Shown: in pieces, positions 12,826 through 26,683 of the stretch
Layout: each line of letters begins with the position of its first letter
Position numbering within the stretch: the stretch's first letter is position 1
Source of the DNA: Eledone cirrhosa
Lineage: Eukaryota
Reading direction: 5' to 3'
NCBI GenBank assembly: GCA_964016885.1
Contig: OZ024756.1
Coordinates: 32,364,001 to 32,428,000 of the forward strand
Length of the DNA: 64,000 nucleotides
Made by a program: the position numbers and the translations under genes
The notes under the pieces: model-generated
The model's database searches: none
What the model was told of the DNA's origin: nothing
Seen by the model: only the letters and a program-made list of their open reading frames with translations

Positions 12826-14232
12826 TATATATATATGATGTCACCCCCACTAATATGTCATACGTAGCACTTCCCGGTATCACACAAATGATATTTAGTT
12901 TTAGATCATATTAATTCTGAGTTCAATCGCAGAGATGTGTTGTCCTAATTAAGAATAAGGAGTCCTATCTACACCACTTTTGAAATCAGAACATCCCTTC
13001 TCGTAAGCATAATATCACCCAAGTGTTATGAACGCTTTGGCTACACGAAGCAACTGGGTTAAAAGCGCCTGCCACCCACCTATACCCCCTCACCTTGTGA
13101 GTTCCAAATATCTCCGCCACAGGAAGTTTCCTAAAATTTCAACCATGCCTTCGTCCCAGATGCAGGATTTCGTTTCATAGATCCAGCGTTAGAATATCAA
13201 ATAGAATGTTTTGCTCTATTCATATCTGGTTCTTTGTGCCGTGTGTTCAAACCGTCACGAGGTCAACTTTGTCAGTCATAATTTCTTGATCGATAAAAAA
13301 AGTATCAGTATACTATTGGGGGTCGATTTTTAATCTATATCTCTTTCTCACTTTCTCTCTATAATCTGTTGTTCTTCCTTAGAAGATATCAATAGCATCT
13401 AGACATGAAAAGGAATGGCTTCCGCTCAGGATAATGTATCCCAGAAGCACTCTATGCCAATACGCCGCCCCTACGTTTCCACTAGGAGTTATGGCTCCAT
13501 ATTAAAACATTATATACATTTTTCGACATTATTGCCACATGAAAAGTAATTCATACGTGTTCAATTTCTAAAATTTTCTCAACGTTTCTCCATTTTATAG
13601 ATTCAATAACTTACCTAGATTTTTTTAAGCGTTCAATTTTATTAATATTAAATTCATTTAAACTGAAAATAAAATATGTTCCCCCGAGCAGTAAAAAAAT
13701 ATATCTGGACTATGAAAAATTTATATATTACTTATATCACGTATCTAAATATGTTGGAAAGTGAAATATTACAAAACGTGAAAAAAATATCAATGAAAAT
13801 TTATAAAATTAACAAGAAGTATGTAATTTCCCGTTTGGTTATAAAGTAAACGGATGTAGTAAAACTTTCGTAGTCTTATAAAAAATATTGTGGCTGGTAA
13901 TATATACAGCAGTGTGCCAAGATAACAGAGATATATTGCAATGGAAGGTAGCTTAGTGAATAGTGTTCGGCTCACAATCATGAAGTCATGAATTGGAGTG
14001 CTTGTGAAGTGTTGTTTCCTTGAATAAGAGTGTTTATTTAGCGTTACTACGGTGGACATACCTTGACAAAAATGAACTGTACTTGATTCAAATGGTCAGT
14101 CTTGCCATATGTGTTTGTGTGTGAGTGTATACAAGTATACGCGACATATTTCATTAATATATCAACATCTGACTCAGTTGTAGGTGATGCAAAAATACTT
14201 CAAATTGTTAAAACACACATATGCACTCACAG

Positions 14233-14299
<67 letters not shown>

Positions 14300-14585
14300 T
14301 TACACATATACATATACACATGTACATATACATATACACACATATATATTATTTGTATAAATATTATTTCTATACCCATTGTACTCGTCACCCTATTAAG
14401 CAAGAATTATTTATTCTGTTCCGTATACAAGACATTCACACCTATTGTGTTGTAAATTCACCATTTGTATGGCTATCGCTTTGAAAACAATGGCTTTATG
14501 CCCTATATATATACACACACATAAATATATAAGTGTTTATAAATATATGTGGATATATATCTATATATTTATATATATATATACA

Positions 14586-14647
<62 letters not shown>

Positions 14648-14648
14648 C

Positions 14649-14709
<61 letters not shown>

Positions 14710-14755
14710 CATGTATATATATATATGCTTGTATATATATACATATATATACGCA

Positions 14756-14803
<48 letters not shown>

Positions 14804-15392
14804 CATACATATATATATATGAAAAAAAATGAAACGAAATTTCATTTCTCACTCTTATATATATATATATATCCATATATATATCCATATATATATATAT
14901 ATATAAATACGTGTGTTATGTGCGAGAGTGTGTGTGTGTGTCTGTTTCCTTAGAATATTACCAATTAAGGGTGTATTGTGAATAACTACAGTCGACATTC
15001 TTCAGCAATTTGTGGAATACAAGATGAAAATGATATAAGGGTTTCCATCCTTGCTTTACAAAAAATATAACTCTGTGATTCCTTCGTATCACACTATTGT
15101 ACTCTTCCATACTATTTCTTCGGTTTTGGCCTCATTCTCTTTCATATTCTGTTGTTTTCAGTGAATTTTCTAGTCGTTGTGTTAGTTGTTGTTGTTGTTG
15201 TTGTTCAATGTTACCAAAAATATCAAAGTTGTCCTTGTAATATTCCTTCACCATCATCATCATCATCGTCAACATCATAACTACCATCATCATAATAAAC
15301 TTTCATCTAATGTACTTTAAATAACCAAGAGTCTTTCTTCTAAAATAAAGAAGACGGTGTCAAAGTCAACCCTTCTCTCTCTCACTCACTCA

Positions 15393-15477
<85 letters not shown>

Positions 15478-15950
15478 GTATGACTGTGAGTGTATGTCTA
15501 CGTGCGTGTGTATATATATATATATATATGTGTGTGTACGTGCCTGTATGAGTTTATCTTTTCTCTTTTCGCTAAAAGCTTTTTAACTTCTTTTCATTTT
15601 CTGTGGTTATTAAATTGCACTTAAAATTCACAGAGGTTCCCTTTGATGAATCATAAAGCTTACATTTATTTGGCCCGCTGGTAGAGTATAGTTAGTGTAA
15701 GATAATTGTGATGGTACGATGGTGATAATAGTGCTTATCTCGTGGCCAGTTATGTCTTCCGCAGTTGATTTGTGGCTTAATTTTAACTAAAATGTCCCAT
15801 TTATTTATTTTCTTTTGGTAACCAGATATTCCAATTATGTAGAAATACCATGGACCCCAGTATTCGTCTGGTACATAATTTTATCGACTACCTAAAAGTT
15901 GAAGTGTCAGGTGTTTTAAAAGATTTTGTCAAAACATTGTTTTTATGACA

Positions 15951-16142
15951 ATAATTGTTTCTACTTTTGGCACAAGGCCAGCAATTAACCAGTACATTAC
16001 TGGTACTTTATTTTATCGACCCCGTAAGGATGAAAGGCAAAGTTAACCTCGGCGGGATTTGAAATCAGACCGTAAAGGGACGTAATTCCATGCTGGAAAG
16101 CATGGCGTCCGACCTTCTACCGATACTGCCAATCCACGTCCT
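15951..16142 (-). mobile_element. tRNA-derived SINE family 2 (Deu/Nin-like central motif)
   Basis: Reverse complement of GGATTGGCAGTATCGGTAGA...GTTCAAATCCCGCCGAGGTTAACTTTGCCTTTCATCCTTACGGGGTCGATAAAATAAAGTACCAG..., which is repeated many times in the window. Confidence 0.85.
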
Positions 16143-16577
16143 TTATGACAACATGGTTCTTCATTTATGCACAAGACTAGCAATTTGGAGTGAGGACAAA
16201 ATCGATTAAATCGATACTAGCTCTTGATTGGTAGTTTATTATTTAATTCCGGAATGATGAAACATAGAGTTGACATCGACGTTAGTCATTACAAGTAATT
16301 ACAAAATACTGCAAAGCATTTTGTCGAACGCTCTACTGATCAACCCGAACACCGTCTTTTATTCTAACAATGTCTAAATTTAGTGCATAGTCAGTAAATT
16401 TCATGGGAATAAAAAGTCGACTATATCAGGCCCAGTATTTAACTAGAACTCTATTTTATTAACCCAGAAGGCTGAAAGGTAAAGTTGACCAAGATTTGAT
16501 TTCAGGATGTTAAGAGCTGTAACTAAATGACATAAAACATTCTTTTCAGACGCTCTAACGATTTGATCAATCCACTG

Positions 16578-16787
16578 CTTGGCAGAATCGGTAGAGCGTT
16601 GGACAACATTCTGAGAGGCATAAAGTTACAGCCCTTTACATTCTGAGTTCAAATCCCGCCGATGTTAGCGTTGTCTTTCATCCTTACGTGGTCGATAAAA
16701 TAAAGTACCAGTGATACACTGGGGTCGATTTAATCGACTTTTCCCTCCTTCAAAAATGGTTCGCCTTGTGACTAAGTCAGAAACCTT
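16578..16787 (+). mobile_element. SINE family 2 copy
   Basis: TTGGCAGAATCGGTAGAGCG...GAGTTCAAATCCCGCCG...TTTCATCCTTACGTGGTCGATAAAATAAAGTACCAG. Confidence 0.8.
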
Positions 16788-17573
16788 TGTTTTAATAATG
16801 GTTGAAAGCAGTATTTGTTCTGGCTCCTTAACTTCTTAGTGTAAATCCCGCCGGGGTCAACATGTCGAGCAACTTTGGTGGAGAAATTAACCTCGCCGAA
16901 ATTTGAAACTATACTGTAAAGAACCGTGACAAAATATACCTGTAAGACATTTTACAGGTATATTTTGTCACGGTTCTTTCATTCCAACAATAATGAAATG
17001 GTAACCGTAAAATGATTCTGATAATGATTATATCAACAGTAGTAATTTAATAGCGTTGTAATTGCACCGAATTGAAGAGAGAGAGAGAGCGTGCGAGGAA
17101 GAGGGGAAGCTAACGTGGGAGAGAGAGAGAGAGAGAGCGAGCGAGAGAGAGAGAGAGTGAGAGAGAGAGTGAGAGAGGTAGATAGAGAGTGAGAGAAAGA
17201 GAGGATGACAGGGAGAAAGGGAGAAAGAGAAGTAGCTTGTAATAGTGCAAGCTGCAATGGTGCACCTAACAGTAGTAGTATAAAGAGTGCAACATGGAAG
17301 TAGGTTGCTGAATTACTAAAATACATTCATAGCAAAAATGGTGAAAACTAGCAAAAGCAATTAACTAAAGGGGTAGAATATATAATGGCGGATGATGGAT
17401 ATAATGATTGTTATTTCATTTAGAATTATATCACTGTTGCTACCTCAGATGATAACTTGTTGACAGCAGTAGTGGTAGTGGTGGTGGTAGTAGTGGTAGT
17501 GGTGGTGGTGGTTGTAGTTGTGGTAGTACTGGTGGTGATTGTTGTGGTGGTGCTGGTAGTATATATATATATA

Positions 17574-17685
<112 letters not shown>

Positions 17686-17887
17686 GTATGTATGTGTATA
17701 TATATGTATGTATATGTATGTATGTATATTATCTCTTTCTCTTAATTTCGAGTATATTTTGACCGGCAACCTTTCTGGTGGCAAGGTTGTAAAAGAAAAG
17801 AAAGTGTATGTGTGTGTATGTATGTATGTATGTATGTATGTATGTATGTATGTATGTATGTATGTATGTATGTATGTATGTATGTAT

Positions 17888-18300
17888 CCGGGAGAGATGA
17901 CCCCCTTAGCCTTTGTCAAGGCAGAATTCTAGGAGAAGGAAAACTCTGATATAACACCTGCAACTCTGATGGTATCCAATGATGTTGACTTGTTCTTCTT
18001 TTTGGTAAATATCATCTTGGTTAAGAGAGTGGGACTGGCTTTGTGCAGTGCCTTTGCTCACTATAAAAGCTTCACGGCACAGGCATTGCTTTATATCTGG
18101 AGATCTCTCTGCACTTGTCGCCACGTGGTACCATGGGCCCAGCACTATGTGTCAATAATTGTCACAAGTGTAGTGTTTGTACCAGAGTTTTCAAGTCGCT
18201 GGCTGGACTAAAAAGTCACACTCGTTCAGTGCATCGGTAGGGGTTCTGCTACATGGATATAAAGTAGTGGCCGTACTCGAAAACGAGTTGGCAGCCACCA
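17888..18300 (+). mobile_element. Short non-autonomous RTE-like element with terminal C2H2 zinc-finger remnant, embedded in (TATG)n
   Basis: The 5' part has CTAGGAGAAGGAAAACTCTGA (RTE 5'-UTR-like). 18163-18240 encodes HKCSVCTRVFKSLAGLKSHTRSVHR*. A second 5'-truncated copy at 21660-21912 has the same 3' end. Confidence 0.65.
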
Positions 18301-18427
18301 TGTATGTATGTATGTATGTATGTATGTATTCCGTTCACATGCCAACACAAGAGCATGAATGAAGGGTTCATTCTATTGACATGGCTATAAATTGAGGCTC
18401 GTTTGCATAATTGCAAAAGAATCGAAC

Positions 18428-18527
18428 GTTTAACTTTGCCTTTCATCCTTACGGGGTCGATAAAATAAAGTACCAGTAATGTACTGGGTAATTGCTGGCC
18501 TTGTGCCTAAAGTAGAAACAATTATTA
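18428..18527 (+). mobile_element. 5'-truncated SINE family 2 copy
   Basis: TTAACTTTGCCTTTCATCCTTACGGGGTCGATAAAATAAAGTACCAG...GTAGAAACAATTATT. Confidence 0.8.
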
Positions 18528-18980
18528 ATATTCGAAAAACTCAGATTACATTTATATTTAACAATATATATATATTCAAATTTAAAAGTTATATGTAGAG
18601 ACAGAAAGAGAAATCTCTCTCTCTTTCACTCTCTGTATCTCTGTATTTATATATATATGTGTGTGTGTGTGTGAGTGTGTGTGTGTATGTGTGTGTGGGG
18701 TGTGTGTCAGTCAGTTATATTAATTACGGAAATCAAGGGATAGATAGATAGATATCGTATTGGCAAATATTTATTTTCGAAGCATGTTTGATTCATGCAT
18801 TAGCTTGAAAAGTATTGAGCTGTGAGAGTGCACAATATATATATATATATAATCATATATATATATATATGTTTATATATATATATATATAAACATATAT
18901 ATATATGTTTATATATATATACATATATATATATAGTGACGAAACATAAATCAATTGCATCAACTCATAATCCTCTATTT

Positions 18981-19036
18981 ACTGCTATATATATTTCGAT
19001 GATAGCCATTGAATTGCTATGACCTCATCAGGCAGT
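18981..19036 (-). ncRNA. Type I hammerhead ribozyme
   Basis: Reverse complement: ACTGC-CTGATGA-GGT-C-ATAGC-AATTCAATG-GCTAT-C-ATC-GAAA-TATATA-TA-GCAGT. Perfect 5-bp helix I. Lies in a ~165-bp island between (TA)n tracts. Confidence 0.85.
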
Positions 19037-19112
19037 TAGTCAGTTCTTAGATATGCCAGCTCTGTGTTTATGGTGTTGATGGTATCAGAGCCTTGGGACA
19101 TATATATATATT

Positions 19113-19238
<126 letters not shown>

Positions 19239-19305
19239 TCGAGTGTTCCATCGGGGCTAACAACAATAAGTAAGGTAATCAATACTTAAGATTTATTGTA
19301 GAAAT

Positions 19306-19357
19306 GGCCTCTACATGACTAGAACTGTTTCATTCTAAGGAAATCATCAGTAGAGCC
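19306..19357 (-). ncRNA. Hammerhead ribozyme motif (degenerate helices I/III)
   Basis: Reverse complement: GGCTCTA-CTGATGA-TTTC-CTTA-GAAT-GAAA-CAG-TTCTAGTC-ATG-TA-GAGGCC. Same family as 27971-28077. Confidence 0.65.
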
Positions 19358-20724
19358 AACTGTCATTTTGGTATTGTGGCATATATATGGTTTCTGGTGT
19401 TTGGGAAGGTGGTGATTAGTATGTGCCCTCGAGCTTCTGTACGTTATTTAAATACATGTGTAGTCTCTCTCATGGAAATTTCATTAGAATTTTACTCTGA
19501 ATCCCTACTCTGTCTCCAAATGCTTCTCCGAAATATGATTCTAAATTACATAAAACCTAACTCATCGACGACAAATTATTTAATTATGTGTTATATTTAT
19601 TAAATTATATATTATATACACGTATTTTAATGTTATCTGTAAACGCGTGGCTTAGAGTCAGGGCTATCACCTCACATTCGAAAGGTCATGAACTCCATTT
19701 GCCGGCGTTGGAATGTGTCCTTGAGCAGGTCTCTTGATATCACGTTGCTTCAATCCAACGAGGCCGCAGATTTGTGTTTCACTTTAAAACAAGAAGTCCA
19801 CATTGTCACAAAATGTATTACCAAGTATCTCCCTTTTAGCTACGTTAATGATACACGTGTCTGTAGAATACTCAACCACATGCACATTAGTTTCATGAGT
19901 TAGCTACTTCATTGTTCATTCAGCGGCAAAAATCTATCGTCGGAACCCCCTCGTATGAATCAGACAAACAGTTTCGTTTCGCTTAAAGTTTTCCATTCGC
20001 TATTTTTGTGTGTGTAGTAGGAGGGTTCCTCAGATTCAAACTTATCAATAAATTGTGTTGCGTTTTGTTCTGATAGTCTTATTTATTTACCTACCATTAT
20101 TGTTTTTCAAAAAGACTAAAATAAAAAAATAACATCTAAATTAACGTGTGCAAAATCTGGAATTTTTATTGACGAAAATCATGGTAGTTTGGTTCAGAAA
20201 TATTATTTGTTTGTTACACTCATTAATTCATAACCAGACAGAAACACACACATACATACACACACATGTACGTATACACATATATATACATACACGCGTA
20301 CAAATATATATAAATACGCATACATACATACACACATATGTATGTATACATATATACATACACACGTACAAATATATATAAATACGCATATATACATACA
20401 CACACATATATATATATATATACACACACATATGTATACATATACACACACACACATACACACATATATTTATACACATACATATATATACATACACACA
20501 CTCACACATATATATATATATATACATATATATGTATACATACACACACACATACATATAAATATACATATATACATAGAGAGAGAGGGGGAGAAGATGC
20601 ATATTTGTGTGTGTGTGAGTGTGTGCATCGAATAATGCATTATGTAATAAATATGCTTATTTATGATAGTAATTACTGATTAAGTGTGTACATTAATATA
20701 TATATATATACACTCATATATATG

Positions 20725-20806
<82 letters not shown>

Positions 20807-21207
20807 CACATTAGTTCATAAATTAGATATAAAATTATGGAGTTCGTTGTGATCGATCAATATATTTTTTTATTTAAAATCAATAAATAAATTTTAGATA
20901 ATTGTATTAAATAGGAACACAAGAAAAAGAGGAAACAAAAAAGAAACAGACGAACAAAAACAGGAGCAGCAACAACCCATCACCATCACCTCCACCAACA
21001 ACCCTAACACCATCACCACCACCACCAACCCCAACATCACCATCACCATCACCAACGACAACGTTACACTGACTATATAATATCTCTATTTACTGACAGG
21101 TTGTACTATAGATTTTCACCCGGAAGAACCGATCAGAATTTTATATGTATTATATGATGGCAAGTATAGTTCAGAGTTGAACATATATTTGGTTTCTTTG
21201 TTAGTTG

Positions 21208-21307
<100 letters not shown>

Positions 21308-21311
21308 ATAC

Positions 21312-21343
<32 letters not shown>

Positions 21344-21353
21344 ATAAATACAT

Positions 21354-21385
<32 letters not shown>

Positions 21386-21659
21386 TTATTAAAATAACAG
21401 ATTAAAGTTTAAGCAAAGAATCGCTGCTTTCACCCTTAACGGGATCTTCTGAAACTAACAAAGTCAATCTGTAAACGCAGAAGTGGATATTTCAAAAAAC
21501 GTTGCAACCGGAGCAAGACAGGAACACGATACTCTGGTTCGTGGAAACGTTCCTTGGCTCTACGGTTCTTATATATTTGATATATATTTATCCTTATCGA
21601 GCCCTCTTTGGATTTTAGTCTTCAAATTTATTATTATTACATATATATATATATGTATG

Positions 21660-21912
21660 TGCCTTTGCTGACTATAAAAGCTTCACGGCACAGGCATTGC
21701 TTTATATCTGGAGATCGCTCTACACTTGTCGTCACATGGTACCATGGGCCCAGCAATATGTGTCAATAATTGTCACAAGTGTAGTGTTTGTACCAGAGTT
21801 TTCAAGTCGCTGGCTGGACTAAAAAGTCACACTCGTTCAGCGCATCGGTAGGGGTTCTCCTACATGGATATAAAGTAGTGGCCGTACTCGAAAACGAGTT
21901 GGCAGCCACCAT
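21660..21912 (+). mobile_element. Second copy of the RTE-like C2H2 element
   Basis: High identity to 18050-18300. Zinc-finger codons at 21774-21851. Confidence 0.7.
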
Positions 21913-22529
21913 GTATATATATATATAGAGAGAGAGAGAGTCGATCGACTTTCGTCAAATCAAACCGAGGAAACAATGGTCTTTCCAATTGCTTATACAA
22001 TCTTTCAGTCGCAAATCCATGTAGAACGAAACGAGATAAATTATATTTTTTTCCATTTCCCTCAATGAATATATCATCGAATTGCCAGTATGTTTTGAGA
22101 ACGCTGTCCCAAAATTTAGTAATCTTTCATCAGTGACACTCACTGAGATCGAATTCCGACGAGGTCTACTTTACCTTTCATTTTTTTTCTTCTGGAGTCA
22201 ACAAATTAAAGTACCTGTCCAGTACTTGGGTCGATCTAATCGACTTTCTCCTACACTCAAAATTACTTGCCTTGTGCTAAGGTTAAAAGGAATTATCAAT
22301 ACTTTGTAAGATGGTATTATAGTATGTGAGAAGTAAACCCATAAGTATACAAGTGTATGTGTGTGTCTGTGAGAGAGATTCTAAGGATACATACATGCGT
22401 GTGCGTATGCATGTCGATATGTGCATGTGTTTCTATATTTTTCGTTGCGAAGAACCAACGTATCCGTAAGAGTGTGTGTGGGAATGCTTATCCGAATACA
22501 TGTGTTAATTTGCACACACACACACACAC

Positions 22530-22585
<56 letters not shown>

Positions 22586-22628
22586 CATAATCGAAGAAAG
22601 CTAATAGCGATACTCAGGCCTAATCCAA

Positions 22629-22684
<56 letters not shown>

Positions 22685-23689
22685 TATGTGTGTGTGTGTT
22701 TGTTAGTGTGTGTGTGTCTGTTTGTGTATGTGTGTGTATAGATATATGTGCCTCAGAGTGTATATATGGAGATGTATGTTTGCAATATTTATTCGTATGT
22801 TTATGTGAAATTGCATAAAGGTATTTATGTACGTGTGTACACATGTGCATGCATTTGTGTATATACTTGAGTTTATAGAAAACTATAAGCAAGAACATAT
22901 TTATAGTCAGTGTGTATGAATGTCCGTATATATGTTTGTACATGTGTCAGTATGTTTTTGTAGTTATGGAAGGCTACAAGGAAGTAAATATTTATAGTTT
23001 ATGGTATACGAATGATGGCTGTTTGTATATGCATGCATCTGTGCCTGGATGTATTAATGGTTATGGAAGGCCATAAGAAAGTAAATATTATTAATACCAC
23101 ATCAACCTAGCAAAAGTAGCATGAACAGACCAACAAAAGACATAAGTGTCTGCGCATAATATATGGATTGGAAAGCTAATCGAATTCGCTTTGCCAATAA
23201 TTAGGTGAAAGGTTACATGTGAATAGTTGCTATGGTTACCTCGTCTTCCGTCTTTCGTCTTTTATCCCCCCAGAAAATTTCCCACATTTAAACGTAGACC
23301 TTTATCTGTAATAATAATAACAACAACAACAACAACAACAATAACAGTAATGGTGAAGAAGAAGAAGAAGAAGAAGAAGAAGAAGAAGAAGAAGAAGAAG
23401 AAGAAGACAACGAGAACAACTGGCAATATTATTGATATAAGCGAGCATAAAGTTAGATAATGTGAATGGGTTCTTAGAATTGTAAAACCGGTGTTGGTGG
23501 GCGGTGGGCAGAGGTGAGGTAGGGCGAGCAGAGAAGGTGGAGGTGAATTTTGGAAACCATTTTGGAGGTTATTTCACGCTCCGTTGGAAATTTGGTTTAG
23601 AGAATGGTTTGGGGGAATTATGGAAGGTAAGTTTCCAATCTTTTTATTGTCTAATTTTGTTTTTGGAAACGTCCTCGCTAGGCCCAGAG

Positions 23690-23727
<38 letters not shown>

Positions 23728-23754
23728 GCCATCATCATCCTTATGTCCCCCTTC

Positions 23755-24050
23755 TGACATTCCGTCGGCTACGACGACGAGTGTTACAGTTGATACGATG
23801 AACGCATCAACTGATTTTGATAGTACATGCAAGTGGCTGAGCATTCCACAGACATGCGTACCCTTTATGTAGTTCTCGGGGAGAGTCAGGGTGACACAAT
23901 GTGACCAGGCTTGACCTTCCAATTACAGGTACAACTCATTTTTGCCAGCTAGGTGAACTGGAGCAACGTGAAATAAAGTATCTTGCTCAAGGGCACAATG
24001 TGCCACCGGGAATCCAACTAATACCCTAACCACAGAGCCACACACCTTTA
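23755..24050 (-). mobile_element. CORE-like SINE with long 3' tail
   Basis: Reverse complement contains GTGCCCTTGAGCAAGATACTTTATTTCACGTTGCTCCAG. The tail is shared with ~19650-19960, ~24690-24850 and ~54690-54820. Confidence 0.7.
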
Positions 24051-24090
24051 CTTATCACACCTATCATCATCATTAGTTTCATCATTTACA

Positions 24091-24280
24091 GTGGATTGGC
24101 AGAATCGGTAGAGAGTTTGATGCCATGCTTTACAGCAAAGAGTTACGGCCCTTTATGGTCTGAGTTCAAATCTTGCCGAGGTTAACTTTGCCTTTCATCC
24201 TCACGGGGCCGATAAAATAAAATACCAGTAATGCACTGAGATAATTGCTGACTTTGTGCCAAACGTAGAAACGATTATTA
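24091..24280 (+). mobile_element. SINE family 2 copy
   Basis: Full head (GGATTGGCAGAATCGGTAGAG), box B GAGTTCAAATC, and central motif. Confidence 0.85.
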
Positions 24281-25089
24281 TCATCATTTACGTCGTCATC
24301 GTCGACTTTGTCATCATCATCAAGTTTCCAATCTTTTATTGTCTAATTTTGTTCATGGAAACGCCCTCGCTAGGCCCATAGACGTCATCATCATCATCAT
24401 CGTTTCGTCATTATTATCATCATCATTATCACCAAGATTTCCCCAAATCATTGTGATCCTTCGAATCACCACTATCAGCACCAATGTCGTCATTATAATC
24501 TTCAAGCTCATCCATTTCACCACCATGAACATTGTATAGACAACTGTGCCCTTAAGGGAGAATCAGTGAGGCACAACATATAAAAAAACTCAAATCATGA
24601 ATTATGTTATGATTACTTCATTATATCTCGTTGATCCATCTACCCCGTTGAAAATAAAAAAAAGGAGTTAAGTTGAGCCAGTGATTCAAAGGAACAACCT
24701 TTTTCACGCACTGTCACGGAGAATCTACCATACAATTACGGTAAGAGTACACGTGGCTGTGAAATACTCAACTATAAACACATCAAATTCGCAAGCAGGC
24801 TCTGACATAAATCAAACAAGCGCAGAAAGTCATCGTTGAAAACGACGGAGTTTCAACAACAACAATTATAGCGTATTTCTAAAGGGAAGATATTTCCTTT
24901 GCTTATTGCATGTTTATATTCTTCAAATTAGGGATGACACTTAGAAGATATAGAAGTGTCCTTACCTCGGAATCCAATTATATTTCTGTGATAAACGTGC
25001 TTTAGATGGTTTAGGAAATGTGACAGGATTCTATAGAATGACTTCCTTTAATCTCAATGTCATTTTTTCTCATATCATTTAGTACCGGT

Positions 25090-25201
<112 letters not shown>

Positions 25202-25284
25202 ATATACACTTATAATTATATATGTTTATATATTTATATACATATACGCACACATATATATATATACTTATAAATATATATGTT

Positions 25285-25316
<32 letters not shown>

Positions 25317-25317
25317 G

Positions 25318-25365
<48 letters not shown>

Positions 25366-25399
25366 TTTGAGTATATGTTGGTTGTTTACCGACACCTCA

Positions 25400-25478
<79 letters not shown>

Positions 25479-26507
25479 AATATATATAGCTGAAACCTTA
25501 AGGAACCGGAAAGCAATGGGACGACTATAATGAGGAATTTTCTGTAAGGTATTTACTTGAATATTTACAGAACTTGATTCATATATTGAAATGACATTGC
25601 GATTATTTTTAATAAAGCAAGACAAGATGCTTTACGTTGTTATATGTTTCAGGTGAATTGCCAGCATGTCATGTCATTTCAAATATTTTGTGTTTCTCTA
25701 AACGTTGTTATTGATGTTGTTTAACATCTGGACTGCGCTAATTGAGTATGAGCGCTGTTTGATCTAGCTCTGTTGATCATGTATGTTTAAAAATATATAG
25801 TTGTATATACGATATACAGATAAAATGCTTGGCAGTATTCGATTCAACTTACTGCTCTCTATGTTCAAATCTTGGCGAGGTCAACTTTGCCTCATTTCAT
25901 CATTTTGAGGTCGATAAAAAAAATACCAGTTAGGCACTGAGGCCGATTCTTCCTCTATATCTCTTTCTCATTTCCAATATCTCACTTTCTATTTTCTCTG
26001 GAAGAAATCTGTTGTATTGAGACCTAAAAATGGATGGGCTCCGCTAGGTTTAAAATGCCCAAGAAACGCCATATGTCTCTACGGTGCCCCTACGATTCCA
26101 TTAAGAATTATGGGACCATACCATACCATCATATACGACTGTAAACGCACTATGGCCGAGTCGTTGACAAGTTCGTTTGTAATCGTGAAGTACCTGGCGC
26201 CATGCTGCAAGTAATATTTACCAGAACATCCGATCAACCCAAAGCTTGTGAGGGAAATTGGATAGACAGAAACCTCTAGCAAACTCGTCCTATCTGTAAA
26301 TAAAAATGCCTTCATTGTGGAGATAATATATATACATAAATACACACACCCATCCCCCATGTATATATATACATAAATACACACACGTATATATATACAT
26401 AACTATATATACATAAATACACACACCCATCCCCCATGTGTACATAAAGTATTTCCGTAGGAAAGGTAAATGAAAAAAGAGTGCTCTATGTAGGCTACAG
26501 AGGTTTT

Positions 26508-26630
26508 TAGTTATGTAATAAACAACATAAAATAATTAATTCATTTACCAGTGGTTTCTTGAAGAGCTTGTGTCAGGCTCTTCAAGAAACCACTGGTAAA
26601 TGAATTAATTACCTTATGTTATTTAATACA

Positions 26631-26636
<6 letters not shown>
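26508..26636. repeat. Fold-back palindrome with perfect 35-bp arms
   Basis: 26533-26567 is the reverse complement of 26577-26611, with a 9-nt spacer. Imperfect pairing extends outward. Confidence 0.9.

Positions 26637-26683
<47 letters not shown>

Noticed and set aside
18163-18240. Exon of a host C2H2 zinc-finger gene
   Set aside because: Single finger, no TGEKP linker, and duplicated with its flanks as a dispersed repeat.
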